Source: Bugula neritina
Lineage: Eukaryota; Animalia; Bryozoa
NCBI GenBank assembly: GCA_964035545.1
Contig: CAXIUT010000039.1
Location: 1 to 17,905, forward strand
Reading direction: 5' to 3'
Length of the DNA stretch: 17,905 bases
Both the position numbers and the translations under genes were made by a program. The notes under the pieces are model-generated. The model worked only from the letters and a program-made list of their open reading frames with translations. It ran no database searches and was not told where the DNA came from. Of the stretch, positions 1 to 15,637 are shown piece by piece; the stretch's first letter is position 1; every line of letters starts with the position of its first letter.

Positions 1-75
1 CCCAACCCCAACCCCAACCCCAACCCCAACCCCAACCCCAACCCCAACCCCAACCCCAACCCCAACCCCAACCCC
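1..75 (-). repeat. Left telomere, (CCCCAA)n, 75 bp
   Basis: Perfect C4A2 hexamer array starting CCCAACCCC at the window start; Tetrahymena-type ciliate telomeric repeat. Confidence 0.97.
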
Positions 76-76
76 T

Positions 77-396
77 GGATCTGATGAAGACATTCCTGAT
101 GATGGTACTTATGATTATATTTAGGTGAGGTATCAAGTGAACACTCATCGATTGATCTTTAGGAATATAAGAGGCAAAGAGACAACATTCCAGATGAGCC
201 TTCTGATGCAGAAGATTATGAATCCGAGGAGGAATTTGATTAAGATAATTCTGAAGACTCCGAGGATTATGATGATGAGGAGTCAGAAGAAGAGAGTTCA
301 TAAAAAATCAAGAAAAAAGCCAATAAGCGGACTAACCTAAAACAGAAAAAAGAAGAAAAAGAGAAAAAAAGTGAGTCTAAACCTGCACCTAAATGA
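77..396 (+). CDS. 5'-truncated acidic, Lys-tailed protein (C-terminal ~99 aa); 20-nt intron at 105-124
   Basis: With TAR=Glu and intron gtacttatgattatatttag removed it reads GSDEDIPDDGEVSSEHSSIDLEEYKRQRDNIPDEPSDAEDYESEEEFDEDNSEDSEDYDDEESEEESSEKIKKK...KPAPK-TGA(394-396). No in-frame ATG after the telomere. Confidence 0.7.
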
Positions 397-452
397 TGCC
401 TCCTTTATATCATCATATCAAATATATAGATAGTTGATAAAGAGTATTACAA

Positions 453-1507
<1,055 letters not shown>

Positions 1508-2158
1508 AGATATAATATTCTATGATTTATCATAGAAAACTACATTAAATTATTCAATCGATTAATAAGTTATTTATATCACTTAAACTAAATAACTAAC
1601 AATCTTTGCTTCTTAATAGTTAAAAAATAGCAATTTCATTTACATAAAAGTCTACTTTTGACTAAACTAGCTGAGAATTCTTCAATTCATCCAATTTTTT
1701 ATTTAGTAAATATTCTATTCTATATATTAAAAACTTTGATATCACCTTTTAAATAAACAAAAAAATCAAAAACTAGATTGTTCATTTTATTTTAAATAAT
1801 TTTTATATCTAAAATCACTAATAGTGAGCTGGAAAATTTAGTATTCATAAATTATCCTTCAAATCTATAAGAAAATTACAAATCATTTAATTTTAAGCAA
1901 ACTTATATATTTAGAAATATTTTCATTAATATTATGATCTTTTTGTTTCACAATTTATGTTCTTTTGAATTGACTTTTCTTATTTTTTGTTAATTGAAAA
2001 AAAATAATATTTATATTGACTAAAATAGCTTTAAAATATTCAAGAATAATCGATATTTATGATATTTTTATTGTTAATATTTCGAGATAGAATGGCATTG
2101 AAGTATTCTTTGAAGATAATAGGTGAAGATTGGTCAATAAAATATCTGATCATACACA

Positions 2159-2431
2159 TCATTATTTGAGCATTTGATGTCTATTTTTTAATTTAGTGAA
2201 CTGATGGGTCTGTTGGGGTGCAGAGGAGTCTGATTGAAGCATCGAGAGAAGAGATGTTTTAGCACTTTTGACTTTTTATGGAAGCATATAGAACCATTAA
2301 TTGTTGAGAAGGTTAGAAAGAGAAGAGTCGTCACTATTACCAATATCGAAGAAGCAATGAACCAGGGAAGAAGAAGTATAGGTAGAAGTATGGTTATTCT
2401 CTTTATTAATATATTTTAAATCAGACTACAT
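2159..2431 (-). CDS. Small hypothetical protein (~90 aa), frame uncertain
   Basis: ATG..TGA ORF (MESDLKYINKENNHTSTYTSSSLVHCFFDIG...) in a patch richer in GC than its flanks, divergent from the kinesin. The other two minus-strand frames are also open for long stretches, and no motif was recognised. Confidence 0.35.
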
Positions 2432-2579
2432 AAATAATAAACTTGATTTACAAGTAACTGTTTTCCAAATATTATAAATTTTGATTTTTATGTGTTTTTC
2501 TAACAATTAGAGGAATATTCGATAGAACAAATATTAATAAAGTTGAATTAATAATTTAGATTAATAAAATATTATCTTG

Positions 2580-4616
<2,037 letters not shown>

Positions 4617-4662
4617 TTATAATAGTTTAGTTATTAATTATTTTGAGAAGTTTACATAAAGA

Positions 4663-7162
4663 TCAATTAATAGAGAAATACTTTTTTAGTTCGATGACCA
4701 GTTGCCAATCTTATTTTGTTGCTTCATTTCTGAAATGTTCTTTTAAACAATCTATTGATTTTCTTGTAAGCAGAGATACCAATCGATCGTTTTGTTAAAA
4801 TTGTCTTCCACTTTGAATGCTAGGATCTCCTCCTATAGAAATTGCAACGCTACCAGTGATCTTTCTGGCTTCTTTTAATTTCTTGTGATTGTGTTCTATT
4901 GACTCAACTATTCCAAGTTTAACTTGTTTGTCTCCTTTCTAGATAAAGAAATTATTACCTCTTTCTACCTGAAGACAACAAGTGGTGTCCCAACTTTAAT
5001 CACTCCACTTTAAACATCAACACCTAAGACTATCGGATCATTTTTTCTGAAGACAGCAACTTGTTTAAGGACACATGGAAAAACAGCTTCTTTTCCTTCT
5101 TTCTTTTTACGTTCTTCTTTGACTTATTCAACATATTTAGTGAAATATCCTGTAAGATGATAAATAATATTAGCTGAAAATATTTTTATTTCATTTTCTT
5201 ATGCATATTTTTGAGCATCAGCTAAAACTTTCACATCAAAAACTAACAAACAAGAATATCTATATTGAAATATAATTACTCTTTTTTACGTAGTTATGGA
5301 ACTTCAGATAAAGTTGCTTTCATTGCTTTCATTACATCTTCTCTTGAAACTGGGCCCACACTGACATAAGCTACTGGAATCTTTTAAGTATTGAGATATA
5401 ATAGAAGAGCTTATAGTGATCCCAAAGTTGAAGCTGCTACTCCAACTCCTAAATTTTAAAGTTTTATCTTCTTTTTTACCGTTTAAAATTAATTCAAAAC
5501 AATAGCTTTTGCTTCTTCTAAAGATACTAAGTTATTAACAACAATAAGAGGAGTTCCAGCTACAGCATTATCCAAGTTAGGAGCAGCTACTTTAACTCCA
5601 ATAGCTCCATGGATTTAATCATAATGTAGATATTAATCTTTAACTCTCATTTCTTTCATTGGATGAGGAGTTAGAATGGCTTTGACTTTTGTAACGATGG
5701 GTCCCTAGAAACCTAAAACTACAATTTGATCATCTTTGCGGATAACACCGTCAACAAGCATACAGTCAATAGTAGTTCCATATCCTTCAATCATTTTTAC
5801 TTCCATTACAGTGCATCTGAAAACATCTTTCTTTCTTTTGATTTTTTTGTGAATTTTAGAATGTGTCATGGAAGTATATACTATCACTGAAAGTAAATCA
5901 GGAATTCCTTCACCAGTTATACCTGAAGTAGGCACTAAATTGATAAAGTCTTATTCTTCATCTTAATCTTCAATTTACCAATAAGGAGCAGCATTATATC
6001 CTCGGGTGTTTAACTAGACAATAATTTTTTTTAATTTGTTATTATAGTCATCTCTTGCTTATTCTTTTTGATTGTTCAATGAAATAAATGAAGATGAATT
6101 ATTTTCAGCTTTCCAATTATAAGAACGATCGATTTTATTAAGAGCCACAACAAATGGAATTTTTTGCTTTTTTAAAAGTTCCAAAGATTCAAGAGTTTGA
6201 TTTTCAAGTCCATGTTGTAAATCAATAACTAAAATAGCAATATCGCAAAGACTTGAACCTCTTGACCTTAAGTTGCTGAAACTTTAATGCCCAGGAGTAT
6301 CAATAATCAAAAGTCCAGGAACTTCAACATCAACAGGATAGTTCTATTGACATTTATTGACTTCTTCAACTAATTTTTATTTAGGGAAAAAAGTGGCTCC
6401 AATTTGCTGAGTAATTCCTCCTGCTTATCCTTCCTGAACATTTGTTTTTCGTATTCTATCAAGAAGAGTTGTCTTTCCAGTATCCACATGACCTAAAATA
6501 CAGCAAACTGGACTTCTATATTTGCCCTAACCTCCAAATTTCATAATATCACGATCATCTTTCAACAATTTTGATTCTTATTTTTTCTTTTTTTAAGGTT
6601 AAACTGTAATAAGATTGCCTTGTTCATCTTTTTAACAATTTTTCTCTTTTTCTTCAACTAATTTCTGATTCATTTAAAGTTGTTTTCTAATCTGTTCATT
6701 CTTGGCTTTATCCTTTTCCTTTATATAAACTCCTTTCTTCATTTATTCTTTTTTCTTTATCTTTTTCTATAATATTCTTTTCTTTTATGCTTCTTCTTTT
6801 GCTCTTTTTTACTATTCTTACTATTGTCTCTTTTTTTATTAAGCTGCCTTAAATTCTTACTCCAAGCGCTTTTGTTCTGCTTAAAATGCTTGTTGTTCTT
6901 ATAGCTTCTTTTTAGCTAATAGAGCAGCTCCTGTAAGTTTTTTTTCCTTTCCTTTACCCTTACCTTTTCCTTCCACTTTAGCCTCTTCTTTTTCTTCTTC
7001 AATTTTTTACTATCCATTTGCTGCAGCTTTAGCAGCTTATTATTTCTTTTTCTTTTCTTTAAGTCTCTTTAGTTGTCCCTTCGAGAGTCCTTTTGTATTT
7101 TCTTATTCTGCTTCAACTTGGTTCTCTTCGACTTTAGAAGGTTTTTACTCTTCCTGACTCAT
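4663..7162 (-). CDS. EIF5B: Eukaryotic translation initiation factor 5B, 819 aa; two 20-nt introns (5260-5279, 4939-4958)
   Basis: Charged E/K N-terminus, then [119 protein letters not shown]. Spliced length 2460 nt. Confidence 0.97.
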
Positions 7163-7219
7163 CGTTCAATTTCACTAATCAAAGAATATAAATATTTTAA
7201 TGAATTTCAATTATTTAAA

Positions 7220-8593
7220 TCATAGATCAGCTAATTGCTAAACAATTACTGATTAAAGAACTTATTGCATTGAAGCTTAAAGACCATACTTAATTATGAA
7301 TTTTTTTGCTACAATTTTTGGTTCTTAATCTCCTTTTAGAGGAAGTTGAACTATTCTTTCTCCAAGTTTTATTTATAGAATCAGCTTTGGTTTTTATCGT
7401 TAAACCATCGAAGGAGGTCCAGATCCTTTAGATTTAACTTTGCCCAAATTATCATATATTTATTGTTGTTTTAATTTGATTTTTCTTCCTTTTTCTAAAC
7501 GATCAACTTATTTAGAATAGCCTTTAACGTTAGGAGTGGTGCTTCTTTTTTGGTAGTCAATAGTTTAAGGATGAAAAGTACAAAGTTTAAGTTCTTCTTA
7601 TTCTTTGATTTTTTAATGATCAATATCTTATCTTTTTTATTTTACATAATATACTTTTTATGTTATTTTTTTAATCTATTCACTTGGAAGAGCTTTATCT
7701 TTATCATTTGAGTTCATTCTGTTTCGACTAGTTTTTAATAACTTTTACTTTTAAAGAGTTCTTTTATAGAGGATTTAATGATAAGATAACTCTTTACCTC
7801 CTGATATATAGCCTGAGAGCTCATTTAATTTTGAATGGTTAATGTTATCAAGTTTATTATTAGTAATAAACTTCTATAGATCTTTTTTTGCATACATTCT
7901 ACTTTTTTAATTGATTTCAGGTTTGAATGAAGGAAGCTCTTCTTGTATAATAACTTTTTTTTCTTTATTGTATGATACTAAACGATTTCTTTTGATATAG
8001 AGCCAAAGTTTAATAATTCTATCTGAATTTAAAACCTCTTAACTTGCTTAAGGATACTGGGTAATGTAGTTAAGTCTATTTTATTCTAGATCGGGGAAGG
8101 CTCGTTAGATTAAAGTAATCATTTATGCTTGTTTGAGAGTGCAAGGACAGAAAAGTATGTGCATGAGTTTAGTTAATTGATTTTTTGTGATATATTAGTC
8201 ATTAATGTTGTAGTTGACTAGAAGGAGCCATAATTGCGTGATAAGTAGTTATATTTAAAATTGATCATTTTATTGATGTAATTATTGAAATTTACCGAAG
8301 TCGTTGATAATGTTTTGGAAATGTTAAAAGTTGATTTAGTTTTATTTTTAGAGATGTTTGTTGTATAGTTAATGGAGTTGTTGTTCTAGTTTTTGGACTA
8401 GAATAACGTAAGAGTTTGGAGTTATTTTAGGTTTTGAGGCTAGTTATTGAATTTATTTGTTGACTTCTTCTTGTCGATCTTGTTGTCTGGTATTTCTGAG
8501 GTAGAAGTTACGGTTGTATATTTTAATTTGTGGTGGTAATTTATCAAATTATCTTTATTCTTATTGATTTTCATGAGAATTTTATTCAAGCAT
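7220..8593 (-). CDS. Hypothetical protein, 457 aa, intronless, with SFKPEIN/CTFHP-type motifs
   Basis: Continuous ATG(8593)..TGA(7220) frame under TAR=Glu (1374 nt). Contains LASKPKITPNS, LPSFKPEINEKS and ELKLCTFHPET, resembling the (C)TFxP motifs of protist cytoskeletal proteins, plus a compact C-terminal domain (LEIKLGERIVQLPLKGDEEPKIVAKKFIIKYGL). Confidence 0.85.
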
Positions 8594-8684
8594 TACTAAC
8601 GTAACTAATAGTAAAAGTAATTATAATAAACTATCAGTTAGAAATTTAATAAATAAAAATAATCATATAACTATTGTTATTGAT

Positions 8685-8765
8685 GGGGTTGGGGTTGGGG
8701 TTGGGGTTGGGGTTGGGGTTGGGGTTGGGGTTGGGGTTGGGGTTGGGGTTGGGGTTGGGGTTGGG
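8685..8765 (+). repeat. Internal telomeric tract 1, (GGGGTT)n, 81 bp; right end of the first minichromosome
   Basis: Perfect array 91 bp upstream of the ATG at 8593; ends TTGGG and is followed directly by coding sequence. Confidence 0.97.
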
Positions 8766-8766
8766 A

Positions 8767-9484
8767 ACAAGTGAATTTGATGGATACTTAACTTCAGTGT
8801 ATTAGACCATTAATATAGAACATCATAGGTGTAGAATATTGAGAATCAAGTGAGCGAAAGAAAGAATATATTTAAAAAATGTTTACAATCATATAAAAAT
8901 CATCTTTAAAAATAAAATAAAGAACTTACAAATAAATAGTCTAAAATAGATGCCAAAAATAATCTTATTAAATAAAGTTATGAACATATCTATAATACAG
9001 TTTTAGATGATAGTGATAATATGCTTAGATTGTTGAGAAAAACTTACTAAGCTAAGAAAAGATTTTGGAAAAAAACCATAGATGATTCTGTTGATTCGTA
9101 ATTATCGATTTATTAAGAATTGATTTGTAATTTAAAAAGGATTTATATCGGGCAAAAAAATAAGCTGAATAGATGTATGAAGATGCTATTGAATAAAGAA
9201 AAATACTCAAAAAAGTACCTTACAGCAAACTTATTTCAATCAATCAAAGAGATAGAACTCTGATTAACTATCAAAAAACAAATCAATAGCTATAAGCGAA
9301 AGTTCAAGAAGGTACCTTTTTGAATATGACTGAACCTAATTGGGGACTTGAGAGAATCGGGTAGTTCGATAATAAATAAAACAGTTATCAGCAAAATTGG
9401 GTTTAAAATATCGAGAACAAATTTTCACGAGCCAAAGTATATGAAGGTCCTTAAGAAATTCTTCACAATTTTATGAGAAAATGA
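8767..9484 (+). CDS. 5'-truncated hypothetical protein (~225 aa); 20-nt introns at 8799-8818 and 9098-9117
   Basis: TSEFDGYLTSV|TSEVENIENQVSERKNIF...DDSVDS|IDLEFKKDLYRAKKEAEEMYEDAIEERK...LHNFMRK-TGA. Both frame changes are explained exactly by GTA...AG 20-mers matching the intron consensus. Confidence 0.75.
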
Positions 9485-9560
9485 TTTATCTAAATAAAGA
9501 TTTGCTATAATAATATTTAATAATGTACTAACAAGATCAATAATTTTCTGAATACAATAT

Positions 9561-9648
9561 GGGGTTGGGGTTGGGGTTGGGGTTGGGGTTGGGGTTGGGG
9601 TTGGGGTTGGGGTTGGGGTTGGGGTTGGGGTTGGGGTTGGGGGTTGGG
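9561..9648 (+). repeat. Internal telomeric tract 2, 88 bp, one G5 variant (9639-9643)
   Basis: (GGGGTT)n array 76 bp after the TGA at 9484; ends TTGGG. Confidence 0.97.
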
Positions 9649-12600
9649 CCAAATCATGAAGATATTTTCATTTTTAACCAAGAGGTGACATTAAAAAATA
9701 AAAAACAGGAAAGTGTAGATTTGATTATCAACCTGATGACTGAGATGGGTTCAAAGTATCTTGCAGGAACTGTGAAACTTTATCATAATGAAGTGGTTAA
9801 AGCTGAAGGACAAAGTATGATATTACCTTTGCAAAGATGCTTAGATACTCAGGCATCATGTTAAGTGAAAATTAATTATATTAATAGTAGCTCTTCTAGA
9901 AGCTTTATTCATAGCAGATAACATAAATCTAATATTAGAAAATCTGGAATGAAGAACAAGTACGATTAATTATAAAAGTCACCAACAATAAAAAATATTT
10001 TAAATCTGAAACCTTTGAATTCAAAAACTTAATACTAATTTTAGATTTCTCATAAAGACATACATTCTCCTGATCCTGTTTCATACAATAGAGCTTAATC
10101 CCATTCTAAAAGGATAGAAGCTCCTGTAAGAAGTAAATTCAGCAGTCAAATTTGGTCATATGGAAAAGATACTAATAGTCATCACGAAGAGGATAATGGA
10201 TATAAAGAGGCATATTATAAAATGAAGGAAAAATATAAAAAATAGTCTGAGCAATGTAAAGCATAAATCAATAAAAGAACAATGCTTGAAAATAATTAAA
10301 ATGTTTTGAAGTTATAAATGATGAGAATTAAGTTCAAAATTGAATAACAAGAGCGATTATTAAATTAAAAAATAAGTTAAAATAAGTAAATTAATTCATA
10401 ATATTAAAATAAATAAAAATAAAATAAAATACTAAGGGAATAAATATAAAAAAAACAGAATTATATTGATTCTCTATAAGGTAGGGTACTCTAATTAAGC
10501 GAGGAGATAGAAACAATGGATGATAAATAAAAAAGATAGTATTTTAGGATTAAATAATATGAAGAATAAATAGATAGTTTGAAATCATTATTGATCTAAA
10601 AATAAAGATAAATTTAAGCAATATCGATGAGTTATCAATCAGATGTATTTGGAAAAAAAAGCTAACTTGATATTAAAGAATAATAATTGTAAATCACTCG
10701 AAAAAGAGTAATATAATTGGAGCAAAAATTAATTAATAATAGCAAATAATTATAAACAAAGATATTCAATTAACAAAAAAAATTAATTATAAATAGTAAA
10801 TAATATTAAAACACAATTTTAGAATTAAAGAAATAGACATAAAGGTTAAAAGAATAAAAAAAATAGACATTTAAAAAATTAGAAAATTATTAACAATTAT
10901 CTGTCAAGTATGAATATGAAATAAAAATATTTAAGCAATAGATTGATTTTTTGACAGAAAGATGTCAAGGATTTCAATAAAAAAATGATAATAATCATAA
11001 AATAGAACAATAAAATATGATATTAATTGAAAACAAATTTAATTTATAGAGATAGTTGTAAAAATTAAAAGCTAATAGAAATGAATCATAAAATTAAATC
11101 TATAAACACTTGCAAGAACAAATATCATATTTTAAAGAATTGTCAAGGTAAAACTAAGAAAAGTATAAATTAAAGTCTATGAAAATGCAATAAATAGATA
11201 AATAACTTTCATAGAATAAAATCCATTCTGAAAAGCTAAGGAGAAATATCGATTCATTACAAGGATAAATAAATAAGGCAAAAGATAAATAAAGAGATGC
11301 AAGAAGATTATTACAAAGTAAATAACAGATATTTTATCAGGGAGAGACAGAGCAGGCAACTATTAAATAAAAATTAAAAAATATAGATCAAATTTATTCA
11401 CTGTAGATTGATAAAATTAAAATGAGTCTTGATAAAAATGAATAAATGTTGTCTGAATAGAAAAGAAAGTCTTCTCAATTTGAATAAAAAAGTTAAAATC
11501 TTCATATCTAGTTGGAAAAGTGCAAAATTCAATTGAATTTTACAGAATAGGAGTTGTAAAAATAGTCTAGACAAATGAAATAAAATAAAATTCATCTTGA
11601 AGGTGTAATTACGGCTTATGAAGAGAAATTAAATATTTTAGAAAAAGAAAATGTTATATTAAAGGGTTCTTAAAAAGAAGTCCATTTCAAAAGAGAAAAA
11701 ATGTAGATAGAAATATCCAATAAGAGTCATAAAATTGATAAGCTTAGTCGATAGAATAGATAACTTTAGGAGAGATATTCGAAAATATAATAAAAAAATA
11801 AGAAGATAAGTAATTAACTTCTGTAGATAAGGGAATAGAATGAAGATATTAAAGATAGATTTAATAAAGTATCTTCTGAACTACAATCCAAGATATAAGA
11901 AATGGAATATTTGTAAACTTAAAAAATCAGACAAGATAAAAATATTGAAGTGTTAGAAGACTAAAAATCATCAATAAAGGTTTAACTTTAAAGGATTAAA
12001 TAAAAATTAACTGAAAAATAGATTTTATAAAATAATATAAATTCTAGTTTTAATAATTATAAAGATCAGACTAATAAGTTACAGTTATCTCTTGAGATGA
12101 ATAAAAAGGAGTTATAGAGATTTAGATAACAAATATCTAAATTAATATCTAAAAACGAAGAATGTCTTTTTGGAAATAGTTATTTTAGTGATAAATTATC
12201 AAGTTAGTATTCTTCTAGAAGTCAATTGCAAAAATAACCAAGTACATCAAAATTAATCACTCTACAGAATGGATAATTCAATTTAAATGATGTTTTTGCT
12301 GAGTTGAATTCGAATTTTAAAGAGACAAGACATTTCTTTTTGAAACAAAAAGAATTGATTAGTTCTTTATAGGAGTAGAATATTCGATTAAAATAATAAA
12401 AAAGAAAAATATTTGAGGAATCTTAGCTACAATATTATAATTTGAAGAACTAAGTAGCTCATGTTTAACAAGAAATATAAAAACTATTGGAATAAAAGAG
12501 ATCATAATCTTTAAATTTTACAACTATTATTTCTGAAATGAATAATAAGATGTCAGAAGGGCAAAAAGTAGAATAATAACTACATTCTCAGATTGAGTAA

Positions 12601-14415
12601 TTGACTTTTATTAATAATAGTACAAAATTAGACTTTGAGGCTTTGAGTGATTAGATTAAAAGAAAAAATAATCAACTTAGAAAAATAAATGATGATCTTT
12701 AGTCTAAAAATAAAATGTGTATGAATATTATTGATGATTTGTAAGAGAAAATAAAAATATTTTAAAGATAAATCATGAGTATAAGTCAAAATTTATAAGA
12801 ATAAATTGAAAAAGGAGTAAAAAGGGATAAAATAGAACAGTAGTTAAAAGAATCTTTATAAAAAGAACAAGAAAATCTAGAAATATTAAAAAGACATCGA
12901 CAAGAACTGGAACAAGAAATATCTTAGTTGAGATTTGATCTTGAAGAAAAGAGTAGTCAATTTATCAAGATGATTGGTAGTTTGGAGGACGAAGAGAAAA
13001 AGAATGGGTAATTGAAATAATTTGTTAATAAAGTTTTGAAATAAAAATAAATTTTGATCAAGAAAGAAATAGAAAATGGAGATATTAATATTAATTTGGA
13101 AAGAGATTTTATATTTAAAAGCAAATAACTTGACATTGCTAATTAACAAAATGAAAGACTTATCTTAGCGAATGAAAGTTTAAAATAAAATAATAAAAAG
13201 ATGGGAACAAAGCTTAAATAGACTGAACAAGAAGTAAATTAATTAAAATTAAATAATTTAAAAGTAAATTAGAAATTAAAATAAAAGTAAAAGCAGCTTT
13301 AAAAATCATCAGTTCTATTGAATTAACTTTAGAATAAATGTAGTAATTATAATTAAAGGGCTTTGAAGCAATAAAATGAGATGATTCTATTTAGCGAATA
13401 GATTGAATAAAATTCAAATAAAAAAGATTTAGAAATAAAAGATCATAAATAAAAAATAGTTAATCTATAATAGATAATAGTTAGAAAATAAAATTAAAAT
13501 GCTGATATTATGTCAAAAAATAGATAATTTTAAGAAAAAATATTTTAACAGCATGAAAAACTTACATAACATTAATAAAAAATGATAAATGATAAAAAAT
13601 AGATATAGCTATTGAGATAAAAAGTAAATGATATGGATAATAGTAATAATAGTTTAAGTGACGAGATTAGACAAAATTAATAAAAATTATTTGATTTATC
13701 AGGTAAAATTTATATGTTAGAACTTAGAAATCAATCAATTTTATAATAAAAAGAGGAAGAATTGCAACTTTTAGAATTTTAACTTACATCCAAATATTAA
13801 AATGTTTGTCAAGAAAATAATTATAGATATGAGGTTCTAGAAAGAGAAAAATAGTATTATTCCTAAGAAATTAAAGAAAAAGAGAATTTAATTGATCGTA
13901 AAAATTAATAAATTAGAAATATGGAAAAATAGGAGTCGAATTTAATTAAAAATTGTGATTATAAACTTAAAAAAGCAGATTAAGAAAAACTCAAAATTAT
14001 AACATAGAAAAATACCTAAATTTAATTTATAAAAGATTAAAATAAGGTTTTGTAAGAAGGAATAAAACAAAAATAAACATAAACACGAAAAATAATAACT
14101 TAACTAGATATGTTGAGAAGATCAATGACGAATTTATAATACAAAATAAGATAATATGAGATGAAAAATAATTCTTTAAAGAGATAATATGAAGAATAAC
14201 TTTAAATATCTAAGAAAAAATAAATAGTTCATAGAAATATGAAGGAAAGCTTTAATAATTATCAGTGGAATTTATAAAGAGATATTAAGAAAACTACTCA
14301 AAACTTTGTTAGAAATTTCTTATAGATGAGCTAGCCAAAAGATAATAATCAGGTAGTTGATCTGGTTAAATCTTTTGAAGGATCAGTAATTGAAGCTATT
14401 TCTTTTAAAACATGA
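9649..14415 (+). CDS. 5'-truncated giant coiled-coil protein (~1588 aa) with a probable partial N-terminal NT-type C2 domain; no intron needed
   Basis: Single frame from 9649 to TGA 14413-14415 under TAR=Glu, spot-checked along its length. N-terminus FIFNQEVTL...YLAGTVKLY...MILPLQRCLDTQASCEVKI resembles the second half of an NT-C2 (EEIG1/EHBP1-type) domain; the rest is E/K/Q/L-rich heptads. Confidence 0.85.
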
Positions 14416-14544
14416 TTTTTTGAATATTTTTTATTTCTACTCAAATGATATCTCTTGAGAAGCAAGTATTAACTACACTTAGTTATATATAGTATTATAT
14501 GAGATAGAATAAATCGATTTATAGCTATTTATATAGTTATTTAA

Positions 14545-15495
14545 TCATTAGTGTTCTATTTCTGTTTCTTCGAGAGGTACAGACATGCCACTTCTGTTAT
14601 AATCTTAACTTTAGTCTTCTTTTGTTTTGAATAGTTTTACTACTATGAGAGAAACAAATCCAAAAATAAAAGTTCCTAAAATAAAATATTTTCTCTTTTG
14701 TTTCCTTGACATAACTGTTGGAATATTTGATATTCTTTTCTTTTCGACTCCTGCTTAAATTGATTGTTTGTCTTCTGTCTTTTATTTAGTTGCCTTCATA
14801 TCTTAGTGGGTTTTTAAATTATCATTATTTTAAGGAGTTAGTTTGGAATTAGTTGATTCAAGAGAATTGACCTGGTCAGGTTAGTGAGAAGTTGATGTAG
14901 TATTATTGTTTTTTGTTTTTTTTGGAAAGTATTCGTTAAGTTTGTTATCAATCATTTACCAAATAATTCCTAATAGATTTGAGACTATTATTTAATCCTT
15001 TTTATCATCTTAATGTTACTTTTATAATGATACTTTGTTCTTCATAGAAATTTGATCATTTACTGAGTTTAATTTATCTTCTTTATACCTTGAAAATGGT
15101 GTATTTAGTTGAGACAAATCTTTTTAAGATCTATTATCGTTAATTTGAGGTAAAAATGTGCTTTGAAAATTATTATTTTGAGTTAAAGGTTTCTCTTTAA
15201 TTGGTTGTTTGATGCTAGTTTCAATATTTTTTGGACTGACCTAAAGTTTTTGCTTATATCTTTTTATTTATCTTTTTCTGTAGAAGTTGATATTGTCACT
15301 TTAATCCTTTGAATCAGGAAGATCATCTTGATTGTCAATCTAAAAAGGATTAACTATTTATTTATTTGAATAATGATATGGATGTTGCTATGATATTTTC
15401 AAGGTGCTAAGTTGAGGTGTAAGTGAATTAGAAGGAACTTGGGAGCAGATGAAAGTGTATAAAAGAGTAACATACAAGAATTTTTGTATATTCAT
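14545..15495 (-). CDS. Predicted type-I membrane protein, 316 aa, low-complexity ectodomain
   Basis: Signal-peptide-like MNIQKFLYVTLLYTFICS; N/K/S/T-rich body; hydrophobic YFILGTFIFGFVSLIVVKLF near the C-terminus; short acidic tail; 951-nt uninterrupted frame. Confidence 0.8.
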
Positions 15496-15637
15496 AATTG
15501 AAGTTTATAAATAATAAAGCTTAACACAGTTTGCAATAAATAAATCTGTCAAAAATGATTCTCATCATTTCTATTTAAATTATTTAATTTATTTTCTAAA
15601 AATATGGATTAATATGAGTATTACAATCATTAATTTC

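Noticed and set aside
8799-9117. Apparent frameshifts in segment 2
   Set aside because: Both are resolved exactly by consensus 20-nt GTA...AG introns.
9425-9652. (PT)n ORF on the minus strand in the supplied track
   Set aside because: Translation of the C-strand telomere repeat running antisense into another gene.
14545-14550. Context-dependent stop use of TAA (TAA TGA at gene ends)
   Set aside because: All genes have a proper TGA terminator, and a terminal Glu is unremarkable given how frequent TAA is.
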